Positions 34,840-44,349 are shown, counted from the first letter of the stretch. The stretch: DNA of 64,000 nucleotides from Candidatus Micrarchaeaceae archaeon (GCA_050013715.1 JBEKES010000001.1:8889-72888), one strand, 5' to 3'. Notes: a model not told the origin generated them from the sequence alone. Numbers and translations are program-made.

Positions 34840-35463
34840 TTAGCTATTCAATATGGACTTCGGTATTTCGATTGCCTTTAATTCTCTGTCAGGGAATACC
34901 GTTCCCGGTGGAACTATTCTTACATACACTCCTATTGCACCGTATTTTGGATACGCAGTTGCGTGAGCCGCCCTTACCAGTTCAACAACATCACCAGCTT
35001 TTGGTATGTATCCTAGGCTTTTTCTTATTGTTTTGGCGCGTGCCCCCTTTGCTGCCAATTTGCCGCTTGTGACTATTTCAGCGCCAAGCGCTCCATTTTC
35101 TATGATTTCCCTAAGCGTTGTCTGTATGATTCTTCTTGCGTTTATTCCTCGTTCAAGCCTTTCTGCAATGCTCTTTGCAACCAGAAGAGGCTCAAGCATC
35201 TTGTTGTCCACTTCCATTACATTGATTTGAGGATTTTCAACCTTGAACTTGTTCTTTATTGTTTCAGTCACAATATCGATTGTTCTTCCTCCTCTTCCGA
35301 TGACTCTTCCGGGATTAAGCACATATACAGTTATTCTTGTGAGTATTGGCGTTTTCTGTATTTCAACTCTGGAGAATCCTGCACGGGCAAGCTCCTTGCT
35401 GAGATACTTTGATATGTTCAGTTTTATTATCGCATCATTTATGAATTTTGTTTCTATTGCCAA
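34840..35463 (-). CDS. rps3: 30S ribosomal protein S3 (uS3)
   Basis: KH-domain N-terminus KFINDAIIKLNISKYLSKELARAGFSRVEIQKTP, at the expected position after uL22. Confidence 0.93.
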   Translation of the reverse strand: MAIETKFINDAIIKLNISKYLSKELARAGFSRVEIQKTPILTRITVYVLNPGRVIGRGGRTIDIVTETIKNKFKVENPQINVMEVDNKMLEPLLVAKSIAERLERGINARRIIQTTLREIIENGALGAEIVTSGKLAAKGARAKTIRKSLGYIPKAGDVVELVRAAHATAYPKYGAIGVYVRIVPPGTVFPDRELKAIEIPKSILNS

Positions 35464-35476
35464 TTCTACACCTTGA

Positions 35477-36244
35477 TTATACCTTTTGACTGTCCTCTTT
35501 TAATTCCTGCTTGTCTTTATTTGATTCCTGCACGTGCTCCTTTAATTCTCTTTTTTCCTTTGGAAATTCCTTTATTGGCTGTTTTGTCTCTGGATTTGGC
35601 ATTGCCTGCGGTGCTGCAACTGGTTTTGGCACAGCTGCTGCTGTTGTCTTTGGTTGAGCAGGCTTTGCTGCGGTTGTCTTCTTCTTTTGAACTGTTTTCA
35701 ATTCAACTGGTTTTTCCTTCTTGCTGATTGCCTTGAGAACCCTTTTCATTCTTGCACCCAATTCCTTTGAATCCTTGTTGCCAACTGCGATTTCTATCTT
35801 TGCGAGCTCAAGATTGCTTCTTCTTGCTGCTCCGTAGCCATAGCCTCCGCTTATGGACCTTATTCCTTTTGAAGGAGACCTTGGAATTATTTGAGTCTTA
35901 TTTGCAGTTGCATGCACAACATAAAGCATTTCAGGGTCCTGGCCCTTGTTCTTTGCATTGGCAGCTGCGTTAACAACAACCTTCCTTACAAGTGCTGCGC
36001 ATTTTATCGGGTATCTGCCTTTCTTGCCTCCCAATTCGTGCCTTGATCCCATATATCTGTTGTGCCTTCTGAATTCGATTGGCCTTCCGTCATTGATTAC
36101 GCTGTCGAGTATTTTCAATGCCTGCGGAATGGAATGGTATCTAACCGCATCGCACACTACGCATAAATCCTTGTAACTGGCGTTAATGTCCTTTGCATGG
36201 GCGAAGACCAGTTCCTTTCTTTCCAAATTGTATGAGTATTTCAA
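35477..36244 (-). CDS. rpl22: 50S ribosomal protein L22 (uL22) with a roughly 100-aa Lys/Pro/Ala-rich C-terminal extension
   Basis: The core RYHSIPQALKILDSVINDGRPIEFRRHNRYMGSRHELGG...LYVVHATANK is followed by KKEKPVELKTVQKKKTTAAKPAQPKTTAAAVPKPVAAPQ... Confidence 0.9.
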   Translation of the reverse strand: MKYSYNLERKELVFAHAKDINASYKDLCVVCDAVRYHSIPQALKILDSVINDGRPIEFRRHNRYMGSRHELGGKKGRYPIKCAALVRKVVVNAAANAKNKGQDPEMLYVVHATANKTQIIPRSPSKGIRSISGGYGYGAARRSNLELAKIEIAVGNKDSKELGARMKRVLKAISKKEKPVELKTVQKKKTTAAKPAQPKTTAAAVPKPVAAPQAMPNPETKQPIKEFPKEKRELKEHVQESNKDKQELKEDSQKV

Positions 36245-36637
36245 TTATTTCACCGCTAAGAACTTGCTTCCTCTTGTTGCCCTTATTCCTGGCGCAGAGT
36301 GAAGAACTCTTTTTGTTGTGTATGAATATTCGCCAAGCCTGTGGCCAAGCATGTTTGCCGCTATTACAAACTGCTTGAATTCCTTGCCATTATGCACTGC
36401 GAATGTCATTCCTACCCAGGGCATGACTATTACCGCTTCTCTTATGTGTGTTCGTATCGGCTTTGCGTTGTTGTTTTTCTTGTATTTTTCAACTTTCTGC
36501 AAAAGCTTTTTGTACGTGAGCGAATTCCTTTTGATGCTTCTTCTCTCTCTTGAATTGACTAATTTTAAATATTCATCCATTTGCATGTTTGTTGCTTCCG
36601 TTGCGTATTTTCCTCTATAAGCTATTCTTTCTACCAT
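36245..36637 (-). CDS. rps19: 30S ribosomal protein S19 (uS19)
   Basis: VGMTFAVHNGKEFKQFVIAANMLGHRLGEYSYTTKRVLHSAPG. Confidence 0.93.
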   Translation of the reverse strand: MVERIAYRGKYATEATNMQMDEYLKLVNSRERRSIKRNSLTYKKLLQKVEKYKKNNNAKPIRTHIREAVIVMPWVGMTFAVHNGKEFKQFVIAANMLGHRLGEYSYTTKRVLHSAPGIRATRGSKFLAVK

Positions 36638-36641
36638 GATT

Positions 36642-37352
36642 TCATCTCTTTCTTCTGCCTACCCTGCTTGCGGCTATGTGCCCTACCTTTCTTCCTGGAG
36701 GTGCATTTCTCGATGTCATGCTGCTCTTACCCTTGTGGTGCTGTTTTCCTCCGAACGGATGGTCAACAGGGTTCATCTTGACACCTCTCTGCACAGGCCA
36801 GGTTCTGTTCTTCGCATGCATTATATAATGATTCTTTCCTGCCTTTACAAGCGGTTGATCAGTTATTCCACCGCTGGCAACTACGCCCAATTGGGCCCTG
36901 CATTCATTCTTGAATATTACCATTGCCTTGGATGGCATTGTGATTGTTGTTGTGTTTCCAATGTGAGCTGCAACATAGGCAGCGCTTCCTGCCGCGCGGA
37001 CATACTTGCCTCCATCTCCAGGATACGATTCAATATTAAATATTGGAATTCCTTCTGGGATGTCTCCCAATCTTAGGACGCTTCCCAATGAATATATGGG
37101 CTTTTCGCTTATGTGTATCTTGTCGCCTATTCTTATGCCCTCTGGAGCAATAAGATAGCCTGTTGAAAGATCCTCGTACATAACTTCTATTAGTGGAGCA
37201 GTATGACCGGTATGGTTTATCATGTTTACGACTTCGCCTATTCGTTCAGTTCTCGTGTTAGGATAGCTTACGCTGATGTCGAAGGTATTGGGTAATTTCC
37301 TGTAAACGTTTGAACCCTTTCCTCTTCTTTGTTGCCTTAGCTTCTTTCCCAT
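36642..37352 (-). CDS. rpl2: 50S ribosomal protein L2 (uL2)
   Basis: HTGHTAPL, GDIPEGIPIFNIE and NPVDHPFGGKQHHKGK. Confidence 0.95.
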   Translation of the reverse strand: MGKKLRQQRRGKGSNVYRKLPNTFDISVSYPNTRTERIGEVVNMINHTGHTAPLIEVMYEDLSTGYLIAPEGIRIGDKIHISEKPIYSLGSVLRLGDIPEGIPIFNIESYPGDGGKYVRAAGSAAYVAAHIGNTTTITMPSKAMVIFKNECRAQLGVVASGGITDQPLVKAGKNHYIMHAKNRTWPVQRGVKMNPVDHPFGGKQHHKGKSSMTSRNAPPGRKVGHIAASRVGRRKR

Positions 37353-37354
37353 AA

Positions 37355-37606
37355 TTACACCAGTTTGAGTTTCACTGCAACATCAGTCGCGTTGAAGCCC
37401 TTTGCCAATTTTATAAATGCCTTTTTCGTGTTTTTCGGAAGATTGATTGTATTTATGCTTTTTACTTTCACGTTGAAGCTCTTCTCGAATTCCTTCTTGA
37501 TTTCTGTTTTCGATGACCTTGAATCCACTATAAATGTTATGATGTTGTTTTTGTCAACTATTCCTACAGATTTTTCTGTTGTCAGTGGATATTTCAATAT
37601 GCTCAA
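37355..37606 (-). CDS. rpl23: 50S ribosomal protein L23 (uL23)
   Basis: ILKYPLTTEKSV...NVKVKSINT, between uL4 and uL2. Confidence 0.9.
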   Translation of the reverse strand: MSILKYPLTTEKSVGIVDKNNIITFIVDSRSSKTEIKKEFEKSFNVKVKSINTINLPKNTKKAFIKLAKGFNATDVAVKLKLV

Positions 37607-37610
37607 TTAA

Positions 37611-38402
37611 TCACGTAAGATTTTGCTTCTTTAAAGAAGCGTCTAGCTCTTTTATTGCAGATTCGCTCCACACTGTCATTCTTCCGGGAACTCCTCCGGG
37701 CGCAAGCAGATTTGCAGTGAGATTTGAGACTTCGCAGGCATCAACACCGGCAATATTTCTTGCAGCTTTTATTGCACGTGCGTCCTTTCCAGTTACCAGA
37801 AGAACGGATTTCTTGTAATGCTTCCTTATGGAAGATCTCCTAAGCCCTTTCTTTATTCTTACTTGCTTGTCCTCTTTTATCTGCTCAAGTAGATTTATGC
37901 TGCTGAATATTTTCAATAATTCCTTTGTCTTTTTTATTGATTCGATTTCGTTTGTAAGTATTATTGGTGATTTTGATTTATTTGTTTTGAAGGTGTTTGT
38001 CGCAGAGACTGCGCTTGCCAATGCTTTCTGGTATTCCCTTTTGTTTATGTTCTCTTTTATTATCTTTTCTGCAAGGTGCGGATGCGCCCTCTTACCCTTC
38101 ACTGCTGATGGAACCACTCTTACCTGGCCTTGGACTCCTCCTCCTAGTTTCTGCCTTGGCCTTATCGCAATTCCCATGTGACGTCCCGATCTGTAGGAAT
38201 TCATTGCACCATAGTACATTGCAGATGTGTTCATTCCTGCAAGAGGATAATGCGCCTGAGGCTGAAGCTTCCTTGTGTTTTCTGCAACTACCGCTCTTTG
38301 TATAAGCTCGGGGCGTACAAGCTCGTCGAATGCCTTTGGTAGTTCGATCTTGCCCTTTACTTTTCCATCGAGAGATAAAATTTCAGCTTCCATAAATATC
38401 AT
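37611..38402 (-). CDS. rpl4: 50S ribosomal protein L4 (uL4)
   Basis: Its position and AMNSYRSGRHMGIAIRPRQKLGGG, GRMTVWSESA. The ATG overlaps the uL3 TGA (ATGA). Confidence 0.9.
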   Translation of the reverse strand: MIFMEAEILSLDGKVKGKIELPKAFDELVRPELIQRAVVAENTRKLQPQAHYPLAGMNTSAMYYGAMNSYRSGRHMGIAIRPRQKLGGGVQGQVRVVPSAVKGKRAHPHLAEKIIKENINKREYQKALASAVSATNTFKTNKSKSPIILTNEIESIKKTKELLKIFSSINLLEQIKEDKQVRIKKGLRRSSIRKHYKKSVLLVTGKDARAIKAARNIAGVDACEVSNLTANLLAPGGVPGRMTVWSESAIKELDASLKKQNLT

Positions 38403-39370
38403 TCAATTGATGTATAATTTATTTTCGGCTCCTTTATTCCTTTCCTGTTCCTGTTTATTGTTTTTCTTATTCGTACCAATCTTTTTACAGGGCCGCCAAC
38501 TGAGCCTTTTATTATTATATAATCGTTTTTTACGTTTCCATAATTGAGGAAACCTGCCTTAGGATTTATTTTCTGGACTTCAGAGGAATTGCCTATTTTC
38601 AATAAACGCTTGTTGGTTTCAGTTCGATAGTTGAATCCTAGCTGACCAGCTTGGGGAACAGTGAAAAGCACTTTTCCAGGAGACATTGCTCCAAGAGCAC
38701 CAACGTGCCTTACTTTTTGGGTTGCCTTGTGTGAAAGACGCGCTGTTCCGAATCTCTTTATGGTTCCGGCCCAGCCCTTTCCTTTTGTTATGGCAGTAAT
38801 ATCTATGAATTCTCCGTTCTTGAACACTTCATTGACCTTTAATTCCTTGCCGAGCTTTGCGCTTGCAAAATTGAATTTGTCTTCAATATTAGAGCCTCCG
38901 ATTTCGGATTCAAATCGTATGTGCCTGTGCTGATCCACACTAAGCCCTTTCGGATAGGCAACAAGAAGCGCAGTTATGTTTGAATATTCATTTAATTTTT
39001 CTTTAATGGAATTGAGTTTTGATTCATCATTCTTTACGTTTTTCCTTTTTAATTTCTTTGCGGATTCTGCATGATGTATTTCGAATGATGCTTTCTTGTA
39101 GCCGTTTATGTCCTTTGAATAGCAGCGTATTCCATACATTTCAATATGAGGGATTTCAAGAATAGTGCAAGCTGTTGTTATTTCCATGTTCTTTGAGGGA
39201 GAATCAGAATCGTCGTTCATTCCAATATGTGCCATTCCAACTTTGTATGCAACCATGTTCAGAGGAACGCTTTCCTTTATGTTTATGGGAGCATGGCGCA
39301 CCCTAGGAAGACGCTTCTGTGCTCTTCGATGATGCCAATATTGTAGTGAACCTCTGTGCATAATAGACAC
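38399..39370 (-). CDS. rpl3: 50S ribosomal protein L3 (uL3)
   Basis: HRGSLQYWHHRRA, TKGKGWAGTIKRFG and HKATQKVRHVGALG. Confidence 0.95.
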   Translation of the reverse strand: MSIMHRGSLQYWHHRRAQKRLPRVRHAPINIKESVPLNMVAYKVGMAHIGMNDDSDSPSKNMEITTACTILEIPHIEMYGIRCYSKDINGYKKASFEIHHAESAKKLKRKNVKNDESKLNSIKEKLNEYSNITALLVAYPKGLSVDQHRHIRFESEIGGSNIEDKFNFASAKLGKELKVNEVFKNGEFIDITAITKGKGWAGTIKRFGTARLSHKATQKVRHVGALGAMSPGKVLFTVPQAGQLGFNYRTETNKRLLKIGNSSEVQKINPKAGFLNYGNVKNDYIIIKGSVGGPVKRLVRIRKTINRNRKGIKEPKINYTSIE

Positions 39371-39531
39371 TCAAATTTGATGTAACCTAGAAGAAGATCC
39401 TAGACGAATCTTTCCGCTACCGCTACTGTATACAACGTCTACAGTTAATATATTCTATTGTATGCTTTTATAAAGGTTTGCATGACGTTAACGCACTCTG
39501 AGGATTAGCGGAAGCTTTAAAAGCAAAAATA

Positions 39532-40125
39532 TTATTGGTGCACTGGCTCTTCCCTTAACAAACCATGACGGGCAATCCCTTCAAGATGTTCCGTAAAGTT
39601 AGCAGATATGGCATTTATGCCGCCAAGCAATAAAGCTGCAGCCCCGACAAGCTCTTCATAGTTTTTCTTGTCTGGTAAATTTTTATCGAAACTTAAGAGC
39701 AGTTCTTTTATGCCCTTTGTATGAAGGACAACATCCTCTTCGATTAAAGACATCACGTCGTCGAATTTAGCAACTGACCATGTTTGTTCCTTTGCAATGC
39801 TCTGTTGATTGTCTATTGCACCTTTTATCATTTCATAATAATTTTTTAAAGATTCGTTGATTTCTTCGACAATTTTGAGACCTAGACTGTATTTTGTTAT
39901 TTCAGTATGGTATGGTTCATAGGTATGTGTAGTTGGTACGAGGATATGGAGGTCATTTCTATGTAGAACATACGTTTGAAGAAGCTGACCTTTAAGTTTA
40001 AAGGACAGTTTACCAGATGCATATGACAGTTCTTCATGAAGAGGTTGCCTTATTTTTCTGCTCCATTCAACAGACGCTACCCCTATGGTTCTGTTTAGTT
40101 CCATTTGATCACTAGGAACATACAT
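39532..40125 (-). CDS. Hypothetical protein (197 aa from Met at 40125)
   Basis: The shorter start removes the overlap with the divergent gene at 40197. No motif recognised. Confidence 0.45.
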   Translation of the reverse strand: MYVPSDQMELNRTIGVASVEWSRKIRQPLHEELSYASGKLSFKLKGQLLQTYVLHRNDLHILVPTTHTYEPYHTEITKYSLGLKIVEEINESLKNYYEMIKGAIDNQQSIAKEQTWSVAKFDDVMSLIEEDVVLHTKGIKELLLSFDKNLPDKKNYEELVGAAALLLGGINAISANFTEHLEGIARHGLLREEPVHQ

Positions 40126-40196
40126 ATTTTTAGATATAAATAAGTTTTGTTTAACTTTGTACAAAGACTTAAATAAAAGAAATCCGATAGTAAAGC

Positions 40197-40982
40197 ATGT
40201 ATTTTGTTGGGATAGATCTTGCATGGTCCGGCAAGAATAGAAGTGGTATTGCAATAATAGATGGTAATGGTAAAAATGGTTCTTTGATAGTAGCGAATAC
40301 AGTACTTACAGATGAGGAGATATTGGATTTTGTATCAAAAAACGTAAAAGATGAGCCTGCACTCATTGCCATAGATGCACCATTAATAGTACCAAACAAG
40401 AAAGGCAGAAGGCTTGCAGAACAGCTTGTTGGTGATCTATTCAGAAGATACGATGCTGGTGCACATCCATCAAATAGAGAAAGATTAGGTGCCTGGTCAA
40501 ATGGAAAAATAAGAGGAGAAGAAATTACAAAGTCATTGCAGAAATTAGGTTTCATGCACGACCCATATGTAAAAAAACATGAAACTTCAAGAAAGCTTTT
40601 CGAGGTTTATCCGCATCCATCAATGGTTGTATTATTTAATCTTAACAAAATACTGAGATACAAAGCAAAACCAAACAGAGATAATGCATTTAGAGTGAAA
40701 GAATTCGAAAGGTACAATAACTATCTTAAAGCACTAAATAAAGCATCACCTGCTCTAAAAATAGAGAAAAAGTTCTTGAATAATGATTTGAAAAAGTTAC
40801 GATTATCCGAATTAAAAAGTTATGAGGATACTATTGATGCGGTGTTCTGTGCGTACATTGCTTATTATTATTGGGCAAACCCACAAAATTGCTCAGTTCT
40901 TGGCAACATGAAAGCAGGATACATCATGACGCCTGTTTTCGAATCAATGAGAGGAACACAAAAAGCACTTACAGCAAAATAA
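40197..40982 (+). CDS. DUF429-like protein (predicted RNase H-fold)
   Basis: N-terminal YFVGIDLAWSGKNRSGIAIID and AIDAPLIVPN resemble the DUF429 family (assignment from memory). Confidence 0.55.
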   Translation: MYFVGIDLAWSGKNRSGIAIIDGNGKNGSLIVANTVLTDEEILDFVSKNVKDEPALIAIDAPLIVPNKKGRRLAEQLVGDLFRRYDAGAHPSNRERLGAWSNGKIRGEEITKSLQKLGFMHDPYVKKHETSRKLFEVYPHPSMVVLFNLNKILRYKAKPNRDNAFRVKEFERYNNYLKALNKASPALKIEKKFLNNDLKKLRLSELKSYEDTIDAVFCAYIAYYYWANPQNCSVLGNMKAGYIMTPVFESMRGTQKALTAK

Positions 40983-41029
40983 TTGCACAAAATGATTTAA
41001 TACATTAAATTTTATATTAAAGTGATTAG

Positions 41030-41809
41030 ATGGAAACAAAATTGTTATCAAAAATGAGCGACAAAGAAATCAAAATAATAAAAATGGTTGTTTTTGATGT
41101 TGATGGAGTAATAATACCGAAAGGCAGCAACCTACATGAAAGTAATGATGGCACTCAGTTGTCTATGAAAACACACAGTTTGTCTCCTGAATTTGTGAAG
41201 AATATTAAAATATTGAAAAAATCTGTTAAAGTTGCATTTTCTTCAGGAAGAAACCTTCTTTATATGAGAACATTAGTTAAGGACATTTTTGATAAGAATG
41301 TAATAATACAAACAGAAAATGGCGCAGTTACTTTTATGGATGGCAGAATAATTCATGAAAATTATCCTAACGAATATTTCATGTCACTCTACAATATAAG
41401 AAATGATGTAATTAAGAATAGTAAAAAGGTTCATCTTATGGGTTTTGAACCAAAACTATTCAACCTTGCAATTCATACTATAATAGAAAAACCATTCGTG
41501 TGTGACATAGTAAAAAGAAACGATCCAAAGGATATGCTTTATTGCATTTGGACTGGCGAGGCGTACGATGTGGGATTAAAAGGAGTTACTAAAGGTTCTT
41601 CCCTTAAGAAACTATCTAAAAAATTAGGATTAAAAAGAAACGAAATTATTACTACAGGAAATGCGCTCAATGACAAAGAAATGCTTGAGTTTGGTGTTGG
41701 AGTAACAGTTGAGCCTAAAGTTGTTTGGGGCAAATACAAAACAAGTGGTAAAGGGTTAGGAGGAGAAGAGCTTGCTGCCTTCCTAGTAAAAAAATTATGT
41801 AAAAAGTAA
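41030..41809 (+). CDS. HAD-superfamily phosphatase, Cof/IIB-like
   Basis: Motif I VVFDVDGVII, motif II FSSGRN and motif IV TGNALNDKEM. GTGAT (41022-41026) lies 3 nt before the ATG. Confidence 0.75.
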   Translation: METKLLSKMSDKEIKIIKMVVFDVDGVIIPKGSNLHESNDGTQLSMKTHSLSPEFVKNIKILKKSVKVAFSSGRNLLYMRTLVKDIFDKNVIIQTENGAVTFMDGRIIHENYPNEYFMSLYNIRNDVIKNSKKVHLMGFEPKLFNLAIHTIIEKPFVCDIVKRNDPKDMLYCIWTGEAYDVGLKGVTKGSSLKKLSKKLGLKRNEIITTGNALNDKEMLEFGVGVTVEPKVVWGKYKTSGKGLGGEELAAFLVKKLCKK

Positions 41810-42043
41810 TTATAGTTTAGTTGCTTCAATTACCTGCAGGTCCCTTAGTATTGAATTTGCAGATGCACGAAGCGCAGTTGCATCTTTTGCACTTATTTCT
41901 ATGAATAGTGTGCCCTTTATCTCCTTCAATTTTATGTTGCTTCTTTTATGCTCTGTTTTAATGCTCAATATTTTCGAGTATTCTAGAGCCTTCTCTTTGT
42001 TTATAATTAGTTTAAGTTGAAACTTCTCTCCTTGCTTGGGCAT
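41810..42043 (-). CDS. pcc1: KEOPS subunit Pcc1-like protein (77 aa)
   Basis: Size and the pattern LFIEISAKDATALRASANSILRDLQVIE, typical of Pcc1/CTAG. Confidence 0.65.
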   Translation of the reverse strand: MPKQGEKFQLKLIINKEKALEYSKILSIKTEHKRSNIKLKEIKGTLFIEISAKDATALRASANSILRDLQVIEATKL

Positions 42044-42047
42044 TGGA

Positions 42048-42869
42048 TCATTGGCTTGTGCCTTCTGGCGTTGCGACCTTCTTGTTTATGAGCACTTCCA
42101 CTTCTTCCCTGTTCATTCTGTTTAGTCCTTTCCCGCAGTTGTTGCATTTAAATGAATTTTCAAACGCAGAATCGAACGTAAATAAGAACTTGTCTGTTTT
42201 GTAGCATGCATCACAAAGGAAATAATCGTCGCACTTTTCGTTTATTATTGATTTTTCCCTTTCCATTCCATCTACATATTCAAGGAAAGGAGTTAACTTA
42301 CTTGTATTGATATACCATGCAAATGAAAGCCAGCCTTTTGTGTTCTTTGAAATGTAATAATTAGTAATTCCATAACCCTGCATTATGTTCAATATACGCC
42401 TTATGGCGTTTATCTTCATGCCTAATTGCTCTGCAAGGTATTCATCTGTTTTCGGTGTTGAAAGCATGTCAACAACGTCAACAGCTAATTTGCTCACGTT
42501 CTTCTTGAGGTATTCAACAGCTCTTTCGTTTGATAGCAAGCTGGTTATTGCAACCTTCGCCTCTTCCGGCTGAGGTATGCTTATGTTTGTTTTCTTCCTA
42601 AGATTTGCCTCCTTCTCCTTGAGCTTTGCGCTGTCCAGCATTTTTATCTTCTGCTCGTTTTGATATAATGTGTTTTTCGGACTTGCTGGTTTTGTTGCAG
42701 GTATTATTGCCTTCTTTTGAACACTAGGTTTTGATTTTACCACTTTCTTTATTGCGATTTTCTTTGCCTTTGCCACAGCCTTATGCATTACTTTGACAGG
42801 TGCCTTCTTGGCACTGGCCTTTTTTGCGTTAGACATCTTAAAGTTCTTAGTTTTTTTAGTTTTAGTCAT
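42048..42869 (-). CDS. tfe: Transcription factor E (TFE-alpha) with a Lys/Ala-rich N-terminal extension
   Basis: The wHTH VDVVDMLSTPKTDEYLAEQLGMKINAIRRILNIMQGYGI and the zinc ribbon CDACYKTDKF...CNNCG. The N-terminal ~95 aa are KKASAKKAPVKVMHKAVAKAKKIAIKKVVKSKP-like. Confidence 0.8.
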   Translation of the reverse strand: MTKTKKTKNFKMSNAKKASAKKAPVKVMHKAVAKAKKIAIKKVVKSKPSVQKKAIIPATKPASPKNTLYQNEQKIKMLDSAKLKEKEANLRKKTNISIPQPEEAKVAITSLLSNERAVEYLKKNVSKLAVDVVDMLSTPKTDEYLAEQLGMKINAIRRILNIMQGYGITNYYISKNTKGWLSFAWYINTSKLTPFLEYVDGMEREKSIINEKCDDYFLCDACYKTDKFLFTFDSAFENSFKCNNCGKGLNRMNREEVEVLINKKVATPEGTSQ

Positions 42870-42984
42870 AGGACACACCAACAGGAACGCTCGTCGTTAT
42901 GGTAGATAATATTACGCATTTGAAGTATATATAGGTTATGCTTTTGCACAAATTTCCCGCTTTTGTTTGGGATTATGGTACGCT

Positions 42985-43548
42985 TTAGGTATTCATGTAC
43001 TTGTTTTTGCTCGGCCTGAATTTGTGCGAGCCGTATCTTTTCCTGGATATTCCCCTGTGCTTTCTTCCTGCAGAAGTCAATCCACGGAATGCGCGTCCCC
43101 TTTGCTTTACTACGTTTTTATAATCTGAATTAATTATTGTGGGATTGTCCCTTTCCAGTAATATCACTTCGTAAAACTTTTTCGATCCTGCTGCGCCTAC
43201 AAAATAGGAGTTCAGCACTTCAAAATTCGAGAATTTTCTTGAGGCCCTTTCCTCTGCTATTTTCTGCAGTGATTTTACCATTGTGAAGTACCTTCCGCTT
43301 TTCGAGGGTTTTCTTCCTCCTGCGTTCTTCTTCCTCTTCTTTGATCCGCCATTGACTTTTACTCTTGCCACTATTACACCTTCCTTTGCCTTGTATCCTA
43401 ATTCCCTTGCCCTGGCAATATTGGTTGGCTTTTCCACACGAGTAATCGTTGATTCTGTGTTCCATTTTATTATGCGGGCCTTGTATATATCGGATCTGCC
43501 TTTGTATTCGGATATAAACGTTTGCTTCATTTGCTTGTACATGCTCAT
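42985..43548 (-). CDS. rpl15e: 50S ribosomal protein L15e (eL15)
   Basis: MYKQMKQTF...PTNIARARELGYKAKEGVIVARVKV...GGRKPSK. Confidence 0.92.
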   Translation of the reverse strand: MSMYKQMKQTFISEYKGRSDIYKARIIKWNTESTITRVEKPTNIARARELGYKAKEGVIVARVKVNGGSKKRKKNAGGRKPSKSGRYFTMVKSLQKIAEERASRKFSNFEVLNSYFVGAAGSKKFYEVILLERDNPTIINSDYKNVVKQRGRAFRGLTSAGRKHRGISRKRYGSHKFRPSKNKYMNT

Positions 43549-43641
43549 TGACTATCAACTCCGCTAGACATTATTGTAATGAATAATATTAACACCTTCA
43601 AATTTATAAGAGTATAGGGTAATATTTGTGGCACAAAGAGA

Positions 43642-44349
43642 TCATCTGGACTTGAGGAACGCATCTGCTTCGTTTATGTCCTTTTGATTATTGACGCTTA
43701 CCCAGGTTTCCTTGTCGTTGAGTATGTCGCCGATTATCCTGCCGTTGTTCTGCTTTGCAAGACTAGTAAACAGTTTGTCTTCTATTGAGCCAGTTTCAGG
43801 TATCAGGTCTATGACATCCTTGTTGAATGCATAAACACCCATGCTTACGGGAGTTGTCCAAAGTTTTTCGCCGTATTTGAATTCATTGACATTGCCGTTC
43901 TCGTCAGTTTTCACCACGCTGAATCTGCAGTAGAATGGCGACAGTGCCATGGTTATGAGCGGCTTTTGGGATTCATGCTTTGCCATAAGCCTTGAGAGAT
44001 CCATGTCCGTAAGCTCATCGGCATTCATACCGATAAAATTATCATCGTGAACGTTGCCCCCTATGGCGCACTTGAAGGCATGTGCTGTTCCTCCTTTCAC
44101 TATTCTGTCTTCGCTGAAATCCACGCTTAGGCCGAAATTATTGTTTTCTTCCATGTACTCGATTATCTTTTCCTTCTTGTAGCCAACACCAAGAACTATA
44201 TGCTCGATGTTGTATTTTTTTAGCCAGTCTATTATCCAGTACAGTATCGGCTTTCCGTTAACATTTATCATTGTTTTCGGCTTGTCGTCAGTAAGGGGCT
44301 TTAGTCTTGTGGATTCGCCTCCCGCTATTATTATCGCTGTTTTAATCAT
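43642..44349 (-). CDS. Sugar-phosphate nucleotidyltransferase (NDP-sugar pyrophosphorylase)
   Basis: N-terminal IIIAGGESTRLKPLTDDKPKTMINVNGKPIL signature. Confidence 0.85.
   Translation of the reverse strand: MIKTAIIIAGGESTRLKPLTDDKPKTMINVNGKPILYWIIDWLKKYNIEHIVLGVGYKKEKIIEYMEENNNFGLSVDFSEDRIVKGGTAHAFKCAIGGNVHDDNFIGMNADELTDMDLSRLMAKHESQKPLITMALSPFYCRFSVVKTDENGNVNEFKYGEKLWTTPVSMGVYAFNKDVIDLIPETGSIEDKLFTSLAKQNNGRIIGDILNDKETWVSVNNQKDINEADAFLKSR

Noticed and set aside
36636-37076. Long antisense ORFs in the track that overlap conserved genes. Examples are 36636-37076 opposite uL2, 43220-43558 and 43283-43567 around L15e, 45282-45803 opposite GINS-like/L44e, 46815-47324 opposite PAC2, 62748-63305 opposite gyrA and 7146-7565 opposite polB.
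   Set aside because: They lie entirely within well-supported genes on the other strand or frame, have low-complexity or hydrophobic junk-like translations, and lack the GTGAT start context. They are shadow ORFs.
40126-40254. The N-terminal 43 codons of listed ORF 39532-40254.
   Set aside because: The extension overlaps the divergent DUF429 gene start and is hydrophobic and low-complexity. The internal ATG at 40125 gives a non-overlapping gene.
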